From Candidatus Enterousia sp. (GTDB lineage Bacteria > Pseudomonadota > Alphaproteobacteria > Rs-D84), in assembly GCA_045613785.1 (NCBI GenBank), contig JAZLBQ010000004.1:32001-96000 (forward strand): a DNA stretch of 64,000 nt, in the 5' to 3' direction. Position numbers and translations under genes: made by a program. The notes below the pieces were generated by a model. That model was not told the DNA's origin. It ran no database searches and was given only the letters and a program-made list of their open reading frames with translations. Of this stretch, positions 46,930 to 57,880 are shown in pieces; positions within the stretch are counted from its first letter, which is position 1, and each line of letters begins with the position of its first letter.

Positions 46930-47409
46930 ATGAGACGCGAAGAAAAATCAGATTTGATTTCAGCGTTACAGTCGTCCCTGAAAGAAGCGAACGGTGTTTT
47001 CGTTATTGAAAACCATGGCTTGACAGTAAGCGAATTTGAAACATTGCGTAATGAATTGCGCCCATTGGTTTCTGTATTCAAGGTTGTCAAGAACCGTTTG
47101 ATGAAATTGGCGTTAAAAGACACTGATTTCGAACCTGTATCCGAAATGTTGAAACGTCCAACTGCTGTTGCTGTTGCAACTGACGGTTTGGCGGTTACCA
47201 AGGTTTTGGCAAAATTTGCTGGTGAACACCCAAATTTGACAATCGTTGGTGGTAAAATGGATGCAGACGTTTTGGACGTAGACGGCGTTATGCAATTATC
47301 CAAGCTTCCTTCCCTGTTGGAAATCCGTGGCACAATCGCACGCATTTTGGTCGAACCAGCATCACGTTTGGCACGTGTATCCGCAGAGTATGGAAAAAAA
47401 GAACAATAA
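46930..47409 (+). CDS. rplJ: 50S ribosomal protein L10
   Basis: GLTV, VVKNRL, LSKLPS; operon position. Confidence 0.96.
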   Translation: MRREEKSDLISALQSSLKEANGVFVIENHGLTVSEFETLRNELRPLVSVFKVVKNRLMKLALKDTDFEPVSEMLKRPTAVAVATDGLAVTKVLAKFAGEHPNLTIVGGKMDADVLDVDGVMQLSKLPSLLEIRGTIARILVEPASRLARVSAEYGKKEQ

Positions 47410-47457
47410 AATCAGAATACATTATTCTGACCTAAAACAAAAATTAGGAGTAAAAAA

Positions 47458-47823
47458 ATGGCAGACATTCAGAAATTAGTTGAAGAATTGTCAAAATTGA
47501 GTGTTTTGGAAGCAGTTGAATTGTCCAAAGCATTAGAAGAAACATGGGGCGTAAGTGCTGCTGCTGCTGTTGCAGTTGCTGCTGGTCCTGTTGCTGCTGC
47601 AGCCGAAGAAAAGTCAGAATTTGACGTTGTTTTGGCTGAAATTGGTGCAAACAAATTGGCAGTTATCAAAGCTGTAAAAGAAGCTACAGGCTTGGGCTTG
47701 GGCGAAGCAAAAGCTTTGGTAGAATCTGCACCAAAGGCCGTTAAAGAAGGCTTGGCAAAAGACGAAGCTGAAAAATTGAAAGCTGCGTTGGAAGCCGCAG
47801 GTGCAAAAGTTGAATTGAAATAA
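47458..47823 (+). CDS. rplL: 50S ribosomal protein L7/L12
   Basis: [10 protein letters not shown]...[10 protein letters not shown]. Confidence 0.98.
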   Translation: MADIQKLVEELSKLSVLEAVELSKALEETWGVSAAAAVAVAAGPVAAAAEEKSEFDVVLAEIGANKLAVIKAVKEATGLGLGEAKALVESAPKAVKEGLAKDEAEKLKAALEAAGAKVELK

Positions 47824-47956
47824 TTTAACTTTTTTTGAACCGATTGGTTCAATAAATCTGGTCGTATAAAACTACGACAAAACGCCGCCCGTGTGGGATA
47901 AAATCCCATGCGGGCACAAAGGCGTAAAAGACGAAAGTCAAAAAACATAAGACAAA

Positions 47957-48083
47957 AGCAGGGCAAAAAGGAGATTTTTAGATAAATTGTGTAATGATAA
48001 TCGATTCAGAAACTGATTGATTATCCAAGATTTTTACCAAGATTCGTTCACAATTTGTTTAAGAATTTTCTTTTTGCCCTGCT
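47957..48083 (+). promoter_or_regulatory. long stem-loop in the rplL-rpoB intergenic leader
   Basis: AGCAGGGCAAAAAGGAGATTTTTAGATAAATTGTG pairs with CACAATTTGTTTAAGAATTTTCTTTTTGCCCTGCT. Confidence 0.75.
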
Positions 48084-48120
48084 ATGTTTGCAAAACGCAC
48101 AGAAAAAAGGATTAAAACCG

Positions 48121-51100
48121 ATGGCAGTTATCCAGAAACTTAGAAAATCTTTTGGAAAAAGTTTTTTGCAAACTCCGCTTCCTGATTTAGTTGAAATTCA
48201 ATATAATTCATATAAAAACTTCTTGCAGGCAGATGTCGCCCCAGAATCTCGCAAAGACATGGGGTTGCAAAATGTATTTAAATCAATGTTCCCAATCAAA
48301 GACTATGCCGGCATTGCCGAGTTGAAGTTTGTGGAATATACATTGGATAAACCAGTATACAACGTAAAAGAATGTATGCTGCGTAATATGACATACTCCA
48401 GCAAGTTGAAACTGAAGCTGAGCTTGACTTTATGGGATGTCGCCGAAGACGGCACAAAAAGCCTGCGTGACATCAAAGAACAAGAAATATTTATGGGCGA
48501 AGTGCCATTGATGACTGAACGTGGCAGCTTTATCGCATCAGGTGTTGAACGTGTTATTGTATCCCAGATGCATCGTGCCCAGGGTGTTGTTTTTGCGACA
48601 ACCAAGGAATCAAAGGTTGCGGGAAATCCAACAACATATACCGCACGTATTATTCCAGAACATGGTTCTTGGATTGATTTCGAAGAAGCCAAAGGTATTA
48701 TTTATGTTCGTATTGACCGCCGCCGCAAAGTTCCTGCGACGGTTCTGTTGCGTTGTTTGCCAAGTGCCCAAGACGAAAAGAAATGGGCAGAAGATCCACG
48801 CAAACCAACAATTCAGGGTATGTCAGATACTGAAATTTTGGGTGTATTCTATAATCGTATTCCATTGGCATTTGATGGTAAAAATTGGGTTGGCGAAACA
48901 GCCAGTTTCCAGGGCTTGGATAAATTTAGCCTGAACTTTGATTTGTTGTCAACCAAAGGCAACAAGACAATCTTGGCCAAGGGCGATCGTCTGAACGGCA
49001 AGAATACCAAGAAATTGATGGCAGAACAGAATTTCGAAATCGAATCAGAAGCATTAGAAGGCGAATATCTGTTTGACCCAGTTATCTCTGGCGATGAAGT
49101 TATCTTCCCAGCAGGCACAGAAATCACCGAAGAAGTATTAAAGACACTGGACGAATTAGCTATCAAAGAAATCAGTCTGATTGCAATTGATAACAAAACA
49201 GTCAGTGCTCATATCCGCAACACATTGTTAGCAGATAAAACAACAAATCGTGAAGAAGCCCTGATTGAAATCTATAACATTATCCGTCCGGGTGAACGTC
49301 CAACATTGGAAGCTGCAATCAATCTGTTTATGCGTCAAGGCTTTGAACCTGCATATTATGATTTGTCTGCTGTTGGTCGTTTCAAGATGAACAAACGTTT
49401 GAAAATCGACTCTGGTAAAAAACCAGAAGACGAACGCTTGTTGACTAAATCTGATTTCTTGGCAGTGTTAAAGACATTGACAAACATCATCGACCGCAAA
49501 GATACAGTTGATGACATTGATAACTTGTCAAATCGTCGTGTTCGCACAGTTGGCGAATTGCTGGAACAGAATTTCCGCACAGGTATGGTTCGCATTGAAC
49601 GTTTGGTTCGTGAAGCATTGTCTTCTCAGAATATTGCAAACATGCAGCCACAAGATGTTATCAATGTAAAGCCATTGATGTCATTGGTTTCTGAATTCTT
49701 GGGAACATCACAGTTGTCTCAGTTTATGGATGCATATAATCCATTGTCAGAACTGGAACACAAACGCCGTATTTCTGCATTGGGTCCAGGTGGCTTGAAC
49801 CGTGACCGTGCAGGCATCGATGTCCGTGACGTTCACCCAACACACTATGGTCGTCTGTGTCCAATTCACACCCCAGAAGGTGCGAACATTGGTCTGATTA
49901 ACCACTTGTCAACATATGCACGTGTAAATCCATACGGATTCATTGAAACACCATACTATGTTGTCAAAGATGGCAAAGTCACCAGTGAAATGAAATATTT
50001 GACTGCAGACGAAGAATTGGGTCATAAAATCGCTCAGGGTAATACCCCAACTGCCAAAGACGGCACATTTACCGAAGATACGGTTACTGCACGTGTTGAC
50101 GGCGAATTTACTATGGTATCCAAGGACGAAATTGACCTTATCGACGTTGAGCCACGTCAGGTGGTATCTATCGCAACAGGTTTGATTCCATTTGTTGAAA
50201 ATGACGACGCTAACCGTGCATTGATGGGATCGAACATGCAACGTCAGGCTGTTCCATTATTGCGTGTTCAGGCACCATTGGTTGGAACAGGTATTGAACG
50301 TGAAGTTGCACGTGATTCTCGCACTGGTAAGGTTGCAAAACACAGTGGTGTTGTTGAATCAGTTGACGCAAATCGTATTGTGGTAAAATGTATGAACAGC
50401 CGCAATGTTGTGACAGGCGTTGATATTTACAACTTGGAAAAATTCGAACGTTCAAACAGTGAAACAATCATTCACCAGAAACCATTGGTCAAGGTTGGCG
50501 ACCGTATTTCAATGGGCGACATCATTGCTGACGGTTCATCTATGAACTATGGTGAATTGGCATTGGGTCGCAACGTCTTGGTTGCATTTATGCCATGGCG
50601 TGGATATAACTACGAAGACTCTATTGTTATCTCTGAACGCATTTCACGTGACGACGTATTTACATCTGTAAAAATCGTTGAAAAGGAATTCAAAGTTCGT
50701 GACACCCAGTTAGGGCCAGAAGCATTGACTCGTGATATTCCAAACGTCGGTGAAGAAGCGTTAAAGAACTTGGACGAATCAGGTATTATCTATGTTGGTG
50801 CCCGTGTAAAACAGGGTGATATTTTGGTTGGTCGTGTGACACCAAAATCAGAAACACTGTTGACACCAGAAGAAGCGTTATTGCGTAACATCTTTGGTGA
50901 AAAGGCACTGAATGTAAAGGATACATCACTGCGTGTTGGTCCAAACGAAGAAGGAACAGTTATCGGTGTAAACGTTTTGACCCGTCACGGTGTCAAGAAA
51001 GACGAACGCACCCAGATGATTGAATTGCAGAAAATCGAAAAAATCAACAAAGACCGTGAAGAAGAAATTGCAATTATCGAAAAGGGCTTTGCTGATCAGA

Positions 51101-52254
51101 TTTTCCAAATCGCAGAAAACCTGGAAATCGAAGCAGGCACTGGCAGTTTGAAACCATTTGTTGGCAAGAAACTGACAGGCGAAGTCTTTGAAGGTGTCCG
51201 TGCATCTGATATCAAGAAATTGGTTGTCAAGGACAAAGAAGCCCAGGAAAAAATCGAAGAACTGCGTGAACAGCACGTTCAGAAATTAAAGATGCTGAAC
51301 GACAAGGCTGATGCGGAAGTTGCCAAAGCGACTGAAAGCAATTCATTGAATGCTGGCGTTTTGAAGGAAGTGAAAGTTTACATTGCACACAAGATGAAAT
51401 TACAGCCAGGTGATAAAATGGCGGGTCGTCACGGAAACAAGGGTATTGTATCCAAGGTTGTCCCTGTCGAAGATATGCCACACTTGGCGGACGGAACACC
51501 TGTTGATTTAGTTTTGAATCCGTTGGGTGTGCCATCACGTATGAACATCGGTCAGATTTTGGAAACTCACCTTGGTATGGCTGCCCGCACATTGGGTGCT
51601 CAGATTGGTGCAGTTTTGGACGAAGTCAAGGCCAAGCGTGCTGTAACTGACGATTTACGCAAAGAAATGGGCAAGGTATATGGTGCTGACGTTGCTGAAA
51701 AACTGGAAAAAATGACAGACACAGACGTTCGTGCCCAGGCTGCATTATTGCGTGACGGTGTTCCAATGGCGACACCAACATTTGACGGTGCGACATCCGA
51801 AGACATTCGTGGAATGTTGAAATTAGCAGGTCTGCCAGAAACAGGTCAGTTTGATTTGTATGACGGTATGACAGGTGAAAAGTTTGCCCGTCCAGTGACA
51901 GTTGGTATTATGTATATGCTGAAACTGCATCACTTTGTTGATGAAAAGATTCACGCACGTTCAATCGGTAATTATTCATTAGTTACCCAGCAGCCATTGT
52001 CAGGTAAGGCCCACATGGGTGGTCAGCGTTTGGGTGAAATGGAAGTGTGGGCACTAGAAGCCCACGGTGCAGCCCACTTGCTGCGTGAAATGTTGACGGT
52101 AAAATCTGACGATATCACCGGCCGTAACAAGATGTATGAATCCATCATCAGCGGCAGTGATGATATCCAGACCGGCACACCAGAAGCGTTCAACGTATTT
52201 GTGCGTGAACTGCGTGGGCTTGGGTTAGCGATGACCCCAAAAAAAATTGATTAG
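48121..52254 (+). CDS. rpoB: RNA polymerase beta subunit
   Basis: SQLSQFMD, GDKMAGRHGNKG, GGQRLGEME; ATG at 48121 after AAGGA. Confidence 0.99.
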   Translation: MAVIQKLRKSFGKSFLQTPLPDLVEIQYNSYKNFLQADVAPESRKDMGLQNVFKSMFPIKDYAGIAELKFVEYTLDKPVYNVKECMLRNMTYSSKLKLKLSLTLWDVAEDGTKSLRDIKEQEIFMGEVPLMTERGSFIASGVERVIVSQMHRAQGVVFATTKESKVAGNPTTYTARIIPEHGSWIDFEEAKGIIYVRIDRRRKVPATVLLRCLPSAQDEKKWAEDPRKPTIQGMSDTEILGVFYNRIPLAFDGKNWVGETASFQGLDKFSLNFDLLSTKGNKTILAKGDRLNGKNTKKLMAEQNFEIESEALEGEYLFDPVISGDEVIFPAGTEITEEVLKTLDELAIKEISLIAIDNKTVSAHIRNTLLADKTTNREEALIEIYNIIRPGERPTLEAAINLFMRQGFEPAYYDLSAVGRFKMNKRLKIDSGKKPEDERLLTKSDFLAVLKTLTNIIDRKDTVDDIDNLSNRRVRTVGELLEQNFRTGMVRIERLVREALSSQNIANMQPQDVINVKPLMSLVSEFLGTSQLSQFMDAYNPLSELEHKRRISALGPGGLNRDRAGIDVRDVHPTHYGRLCPIHTPEGANIGLINHLSTYARVNPYGFIETPYYVVKDGKVTSEMKYLTADEELGHKIAQGNTPTAKDGTFTEDTVTARVDGEFTMVSKDEIDLIDVEPRQVVSIATGLIPFVENDDANRALMGSNMQRQAVPLLRVQAPLVGTGIEREVARDSRTGKVAKHSGVVESVDANRIVVKCMNSRNVVTGVDIYNLEKFERSNSETIIHQKPLVKVGDRISMGDIIADGSSMNYGELALGRNVLVAFMPWRGYNYEDSIVISERISRDDVFTSVKIVEKEFKVRDTQLGPEALTRDIPNVGEEALKNLDESGIIYVGARVKQGDILVGRVTPKSETLLTPEEALLRNIFGEKALNVKDTSLRVGPNEEGTVIGVNVLTRHGVKKDERTQMIELQKIEKINKDREEEIAIIEKGFADQIFQIAENLEIEAGTGSLKPFVGKKLTGEVFEGVRASDIKKLVVKDKEAQEKIEELREQHVQKLKMLNDKADAEVAKATESNSLNAGVLKEVKVYIAHKMKLQPGDKMAGRHGNKGIVSKVVPVEDMPHLADGTPVDLVLNPLGVPSRMNIGQILETHLGMAARTLGAQIGAVLDEVKAKRAVTDDLRKEMGKVYGADVAEKLEKMTDTDVRAQAALLRDGVPMATPTFDGATSEDIRGMLKLAGLPETGQFDLYDGMTGEKFARPVTVGIMYMLKLHHFVDEKIHARSIGNYSLVTQQPLSGKAHMGGQRLGEMEVWALEAHGAAHLLREMLTVKSDDITGRNKMYESIISGSDDIQTGTPEAFNVFVRELRGLGLAMTPKKID

Positions 52255-52318
52255 TGGTTAGGCTTGGTTGCCACATTTTGTGGCAACCAAACTGACAACA
52301 CTAATGACTAACCACTAA
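52251..52318. repeat. nested palindromic element between rpoB and rpoC
   Basis: Outer TTAGTGGTTAG/CTAACCACTAA, inner TTGGTTGCCACA-TTT-TGTGGCAACCAA. Confidence 0.75.
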
Positions 52319-52353
52319 CAAACTCTTTAAGCGACTGAAAGGAGCGAAATATA

Positions 52354-55300
52354 ATGAGCAATATGTTGCAAAAGATATTTGGACAAATTGAAACCAAGGA
52401 ACAGTTTGATGCACTTCGCATTACAATTGCGTCTCCCGAAGAAATTTTGTCCTGGTCCCATGGTGAAGTTAAGAAACCAGAAACAATTAACTATCATTCA
52501 ATGAAACCAGAAGCCGAAGGTCTGTTCTGTCAGCAGATTTTTGGTCCTGTCAAAGACTATGAATGTGCCTGTGGGAAGTATAAAAGAATTAAATTCCGTG
52601 GCGTTGTTTGTGAAAAGTGCGGTGTAGAAGTTGGGTCTTCATCTGTTCGTCGTGAACGCATGGGGCATATTAAATTGGCGATGCCAGTTGCCCACACATG
52701 GTTCTTGCGTGAAGGCAAGATTGCAACACTGTTGAACAATCTGCCACAAAAGAAACTGGAACAGGTTATTTCATACGATGCATATATCGTAATTGAACCA
52801 GGTTTAACAAATCTGAAATTGTATGACGTTACCAGCGAAGACGAATACCAGGCAGCAGTTGAAGAATTTGGTGCTGACGCATTCCGTGTTGGCATTGGTG
52901 CCGAAGGTGTTCGTGAAATCATCAGTGGCTTGGATATGGGCGACGAACGCACACGTCTGCGTACAGAATTGGCTGAAACAAAATCAGAAACAAAACGTCG
53001 TGCACTGATTAAACAGTTAAAATTGGTCGAAGCGTTCTTGGATTCCAAGACAGAACCAGCATGGATGATGCCGGATATTATCCCTGTTATCCCACCTGAT
53101 ATGCGTCCATTGGTGACATTGGATGCAGGACACGTTGCTGCGTCTGACTTAAATGACTTGTATCGTCGTGTTATTATCCGTAACAATCGTCTGAAAAAGT
53201 TTATGGAAATGCACGCCCCAGACATTATTATCCGCAACGAAAAACGTATGTTGCAGGAAGCGGTTGATTCATTGTTTGATAATGGCCACAAGGCACGTCC
53301 AATGGTATCTCAGAACCGTCGTCCATTGAAATCATTGTCTGATTCATTGCGTGGTAAATCTGGTCGTTTCCGTATGAACATGTTGGGTAAACGTGTTGAC
53401 TATTCTGGTCGTTCGGTTATCGTATCTGGTCCAACATTGAAATTGCACCAGGTTGGTTTGCCAAAGACAATGGCATTGGAATTGTTCAAACCATTTGTAT
53501 ATTCACGTTTGTTGTCTGGCGATCATGCTAATACATTAAAGACAGCACGTAAGATGGTTGAAAACGGCGAAGATATTGTATGGGATATTCTGGAAAAGGT
53601 TATTTATCAGCATCCTGTATTGTTGAACCGTGCACCAACATTGCACCGTTTGTCATTGCTGGCATTTGAACCAGTTTTGATTGAAGGCAAGGCAATCCGT
53701 CTGCATCCATTGGTATGTAAGGGCTTTAATGCTGACTTTGACGGTGACCAGATGTCTGTTCACGTTCCAATTTCACTAGAAGCACAATTAGAAGCACGCA
53801 CATTGATGTTGGCATCGAATAATGTATTGTCGCCTGCAAATGGTAAGCCAATGATTGTTCCATCTCAAGACATGGTTTTGGGTGTTTACTACATCTCGTT
53901 GATAAACGGCAAACACGATGAAAAGTCTCCACGTTTTGCCAATATGGACGAAGTGAAGTTGGCATTGGATAAAAAGGCAATTACACTGCACACACCAATT
54001 GTTGCACGTATCAACGGCAAGCGTTATGAAACAACAGCAGGTCGTATGATTTTGGGTGAATTATTGCCAAAATCAGAAAATATGCCATTTGACCTGGTGA
54101 ACAAGACAATGCCAGTAAAAGAAATCGAAGCATTGTTGGCAACGACTTATGAACGTTGTGGCGACAAGGCGATGATTTTGTTGGCTGATGCATTAAAGAA
54201 CACTGGTTTTGAACAGGCTGCACGCAGTGGTATTTCAATTGGTTATGACGACATTGTTATTCCTGCAGAAAAGAAGAACATGATTGAAAGTTCCGAAAAG
54301 ACAGCCAAGGAAATCGAAGAACAGTATCAGAACGGTTTGTTATCAGGCAACGAACGTCACAATAAATTGATTGACTTGTGGCAGAAGACAACTGATGAAC
54401 TGGCTGACAAAGCATATGATGCATTGTCAAAAAGCGAAGGCGACAACTGGAATTCTGTTCACATGATGGCGTTGTCTGGGGCTCGTGGTTCAAAGCGTCA
54501 GATTCAGCAGTTGGCAGGTATGCGTGGTATGATGCAGAAGCCAGACGGCTCGATTATCGAAGTTCCAATTATTTCGAACTTTAAAGAAGGTTTGACCATG
54601 TCTGAATACTTTACGTCAACCCACGGTGCACGTAAGGGTATGTCGGATACGGCTTTGAAGACAGCTGACGCTGGTTATTTGACACGTCGTTTGGTTGAAT
54701 TGGCACAGAACACTGTCATCACAGAACATGACTGTGGCACAGATGAATACATTACAGCAAAACCAGTTTACACAGGTTCTGTATTGTCTGTTCCATTGGG
54801 TGATGTGGTCTTAGGACGCACAGCCGCCAAGGATATTATCCACCCAGACACCGAAGAAGTGATTGTTCCAAAGGGCGAATTGATTACCAAGGCAGCGTCC
54901 AAGATAATCAATGAATCTGGTTTACCATCTGTTGATGTTCGCAGCGTTTTGACATGTTGTTCAGACGGTCTGTGTGCAAAATGTTATGGTATGGACTTGT
55001 CACGTAATTCATTGGTTCACGTTGGCGAAGCAGTTGCTGTTATCGCTGGTCAGTCTATTGGTGAACCTGGAACACAGTTGACACTGCGAACCTTCCACAT
55101 TGGTGGTATTGCTGCTGGTGGTGCAGACAGTCACTATATCGAAGTTCCAGTTGCTGGTAAGATTAAATTGTCAGATGTGAATACGATCAAGAACAGTGCG
55201 GGTCGCATTGTTGTGGTCAACCGCAATGGGAAACTGGCGGTCACAGATGACGAAGGCAAAGAATTGTATAGTGCATCATTGCCATACGCAGCTGTTTTGA

Positions 55301-56469
55301 TTGCAAAAGACGGTGATATAGTCGAAAAGAAGGCCAAGGTTGCTGAATGGGATCCATACTCAAACACAATCATCGCTGAAAAAGACGGTAAAGTATGCTA
55401 TAACGACTTGATTGAAAATGTATCATATCAAGAAAATGTTGATGCGATGACAGGTATTACATCACGCAAGGTTATCAAATGGAATGATAACACAAAGAAG
55501 TCTTTGAAACCTGCAATCACACTGGTTGATGACAAAGGCGAAATCATTTCATTGGGTGGCAAAAAGATTGCTGAATACCTGTTGCCAACATACTCTGTTT
55601 TGAACGTCAAAGATGGCGATAAGGTTCAGGCTGGTGATATTATTGCACGTATTCCTGTCCAGACAAAACGAACAGGCGACATTACTGGTGGTTTGCCACG
55701 TGTTAATGAATTGCTGGAAGTTCGTCGTCCAACAAATCCTGCTATTTTGGCAGAAGTTGACGGAACAGTTGATTTGGAAGAAGCCAAGAACAAAAGCAAG
55801 ATTATTGTTCGAATCAATCCTGCTGATGGTTCAGAACCAGTTGAATACATTGTTCCAAAGGGTGCAAACTTATTGGTCAGAACAGGTGATGAAGTTAAAA
55901 AGGCTGACAAATTGGTTGACGGTGATCCAGTGCCACAGGATATTTTGCGTATCTCTGGCCAGAAAGCATTGGCAACCTTTATGGCAGACCAGATTCAACA
56001 GGTTTACCGCTTACAAGGTGTGACCATCAATGACAAGCACATTGAAATCTTGATACGTGAAATGACACGCCGTGTTGAAATCACCAACCCAGGCGACACC
56101 AGCTTCTTGATGGGGCAGGTTGTTGACCGTGTTGATTTCGAAGAAGAAAACGCACGTGTTGCACGTGACGGTGGTCGCCAGGCAGAACGTTCAGAAGTTT
56201 TGGTTGGTTTGACCCGTGCATCATTGACATCACGTTCATTTATTTCGAACGCATCGTTCCAACAGACGACCAAAGTTTTGGTTGACGCTGCAATCAGTGG
56301 TTCAACAGACAAATTGGTTGGTATAAACGAAAACTTGATTGTTGGTCGTTTGATACCGATTGGAACGGGGGCATATGTCCGTCGTGTTCGTGAAATTGCC
56401 CGTGAAGAAGAAAAAGCGGAAAAATTGGCTCGTGAAGGCAATGCCCAGCAGCAATTGATGGACATTTAA
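52354..56469 (+). CDS. rpoC: RNA polymerase beta' subunit
   Basis: NADFDGDQM, zinc fingers, GEPGTQLT. Confidence 0.99.
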   Translation: MSNMLQKIFGQIETKEQFDALRITIASPEEILSWSHGEVKKPETINYHSMKPEAEGLFCQQIFGPVKDYECACGKYKRIKFRGVVCEKCGVEVGSSSVRRERMGHIKLAMPVAHTWFLREGKIATLLNNLPQKKLEQVISYDAYIVIEPGLTNLKLYDVTSEDEYQAAVEEFGADAFRVGIGAEGVREIISGLDMGDERTRLRTELAETKSETKRRALIKQLKLVEAFLDSKTEPAWMMPDIIPVIPPDMRPLVTLDAGHVAASDLNDLYRRVIIRNNRLKKFMEMHAPDIIIRNEKRMLQEAVDSLFDNGHKARPMVSQNRRPLKSLSDSLRGKSGRFRMNMLGKRVDYSGRSVIVSGPTLKLHQVGLPKTMALELFKPFVYSRLLSGDHANTLKTARKMVENGEDIVWDILEKVIYQHPVLLNRAPTLHRLSLLAFEPVLIEGKAIRLHPLVCKGFNADFDGDQMSVHVPISLEAQLEARTLMLASNNVLSPANGKPMIVPSQDMVLGVYYISLINGKHDEKSPRFANMDEVKLALDKKAITLHTPIVARINGKRYETTAGRMILGELLPKSENMPFDLVNKTMPVKEIEALLATTYERCGDKAMILLADALKNTGFEQAARSGISIGYDDIVIPAEKKNMIESSEKTAKEIEEQYQNGLLSGNERHNKLIDLWQKTTDELADKAYDALSKSEGDNWNSVHMMALSGARGSKRQIQQLAGMRGMMQKPDGSIIEVPIISNFKEGLTMSEYFTSTHGARKGMSDTALKTADAGYLTRRLVELAQNTVITEHDCGTDEYITAKPVYTGSVLSVPLGDVVLGRTAAKDIIHPDTEEVIVPKGELITKAASKIINESGLPSVDVRSVLTCCSDGLCAKCYGMDLSRNSLVHVGEAVAVIAGQSIGEPGTQLTLRTFHIGGIAAGGADSHYIEVPVAGKIKLSDVNTIKNSAGRIVVVNRNGKLAVTDDEGKELYSASLPYAAVLIAKDGDIVEKKAKVAEWDPYSNTIIAEKDGKVCYNDLIENVSYQENVDAMTGITSRKVIKWNDNTKKSLKPAITLVDDKGEIISLGGKKIAEYLLPTYSVLNVKDGDKVQAGDIIARIPVQTKRTGDITGGLPRVNELLEVRRPTNPAILAEVDGTVDLEEAKNKSKIIVRINPADGSEPVEYIVPKGANLLVRTGDEVKKADKLVDGDPVPQDILRISGQKALATFMADQIQQVYRLQGVTINDKHIEILIREMTRRVEITNPGDTSFLMGQVVDRVDFEEENARVARDGGRQAERSEVLVGLTRASLTSRSFISNASFQQTTKVLVDAAISGSTDKLVGINENLIVGRLIPIGTGAYVRRVREIAREEEKAEKLAREGNAQQQLMDI

Positions 56470-56568
56470 TAAAAAATCCCGGGGGCAACCCCGGGGATAA
56501 AACTTTTTCTTGCAAATCGTAATGATTTGAATAAAATAGGACAGTTATAACATAAAAAGGATAAAAAA

Positions 56569-56718
56569 ATGGCAACGCCAAAAAGTAAAACAAGTAAAGC
56601 CCGCAGTGCCCAGCGTCGTTCACACGATGCATTGTCTGTAATGCCTTGTGGTGTATGCAAAACATGTGGCGAAAAGAAACGTCCACATCACGTTTGTTCT
56701 GCATGCGGTGCGAAATAA
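56569..56718 (+). CDS. rpmF: 50S ribosomal protein L32 (49 aa, zinc-binding form; not in ORF track)
   Basis: MATPKSKTSKARSAQRRSHDAL...CKTCGEKKRPHHVCSACGAK*. Confidence 0.96.
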   Translation: MATPKSKTSKARSAQRRSHDALSVMPCGVCKTCGEKKRPHHVCSACGAK

Positions 56719-56789
56719 TATAACTAACAACAAAAATACAAGGCAGGATTCTGGGTGCATGTATGTGCCCGTTCTGCCTTTTTTAAACT

Positions 56790-57854
56790 ATGTCACACGA
56801 AAAAAAAATTATTGCTATTGATGCCATGGGCGGCGACAAAGGACCAAATGCTGTTCTTGGTGGAATGAATCAATATTTATACCAGCACGGCGAAAATGAA
56901 GTTTCATTTCGTCTGTTTGGTGATGAAAAGAAGTTGCGTAAATTATTGGCAAAATACCCCCGTGTTTCCCGAAATGTAGAGGTTATACACGCTCCGAATG
57001 TTATTCGTGGCACGGACAAGGTTATGGATGTTTTGCGTCATGCCCAGGACACATCGATGTATATGGCGATTAAGGATGTCCGTGAAGGAAAATCTACTGC
57101 CGTTATCAGTGCCGGCAATACTGGCATTTTGATGTCTTTGTCAAAATTGGCATTAAAGACGATTGATGGAATTTCACGTCCTGCGATTACAACGATGTTG
57201 CCATCTGGTGCTGGAGACAGCCGTGTAGTTGTTCTTGATTTAGGTGCAAACGTTCATTGTGATGAAACTATTTTGTTTGATTTTGCCATATTAGGCAGTG
57301 TCTATGCCGAAGTAGTAGGAAAAATGCCAAAACCAAAATTGGGCATATTGAATATCGGTTCCGAAGAAACCAAAGGCAATGAAACTCTGGTTCACTTGAA
57401 CAAAATTCTGACGGCTAACAAAGACACATTACCATACGACTACATCGGTTTTGTCGAAGGGAATGACATCAGTGCAGGTCGTGTTCAGGTTGTTGTAACA
57501 GATGGGTTTACTGGCAATATTGTTCTTAAAACCGTCGAAGGGACTGCAAAATTGATAAAGCGGGTTATTGTTGAAAACTTCAAGAAATCAATTCTGGCAA
57601 TAATCGGTGCGTTTTTCTTGGTTCACGTATTCAAGCGGCTTAAAAACAAGATTGATCCACGCTCGTATGCTGGTGCTACATTCTTGGGCTTGCGTGGGTT
57701 TGCGGTCAAGACGCACGGTAACAGTGATGCCTTGGCGTTTGCAAATTCAATCCATTACACAGCCAAACTAACAAGTGCGAACTTAAATGGTTTGATTGCA
57801 GAACGGGCTCGTGCATTGGCTGATGTTCGTGCTACAATCAAGAACGAAGAATAA
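56790..57854 (+). CDS. plsX: phosphate acyltransferase PlsX
   Basis: IAIDAMGGD, SAGNTG, LDLGAN, DGFTGN; follows rpmF. Confidence 0.97.
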   Translation: MSHEKKIIAIDAMGGDKGPNAVLGGMNQYLYQHGENEVSFRLFGDEKKLRKLLAKYPRVSRNVEVIHAPNVIRGTDKVMDVLRHAQDTSMYMAIKDVREGKSTAVISAGNTGILMSLSKLALKTIDGISRPAITTMLPSGAGDSRVVVLDLGANVHCDETILFDFAILGSVYAEVVGKMPKPKLGILNIGSEETKGNETLVHLNKILTANKDTLPYDYIGFVEGNDISAGRVQVVVTDGFTGNIVLKTVEGTAKLIKRVIVENFKKSILAIIGAFFLVHVFKRLKNKIDPRSYAGATFLGLRGFAVKTHGNSDALAFANSIHYTAKLTSANLNGLIAERARALADVRATIKNEE

Positions 57855-57880
57855 TTATAAACATACAAGGAAGAATATAT

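Noticed and set aside
48055-48120. ORF-track upstream extensions of rpoB, gyrA (12201), nusG (44968) and comEC (63977)
   Set aside because: They run through promoter or leader sequence; downstream ATGs fit the SD or promoter positions better
49700-49800. RpoB rifampicin region variant FMDAYNPL
   Set aside because: Key residues equivalent to D516, H526 and S531 are conserved; no basis for a resistance claim
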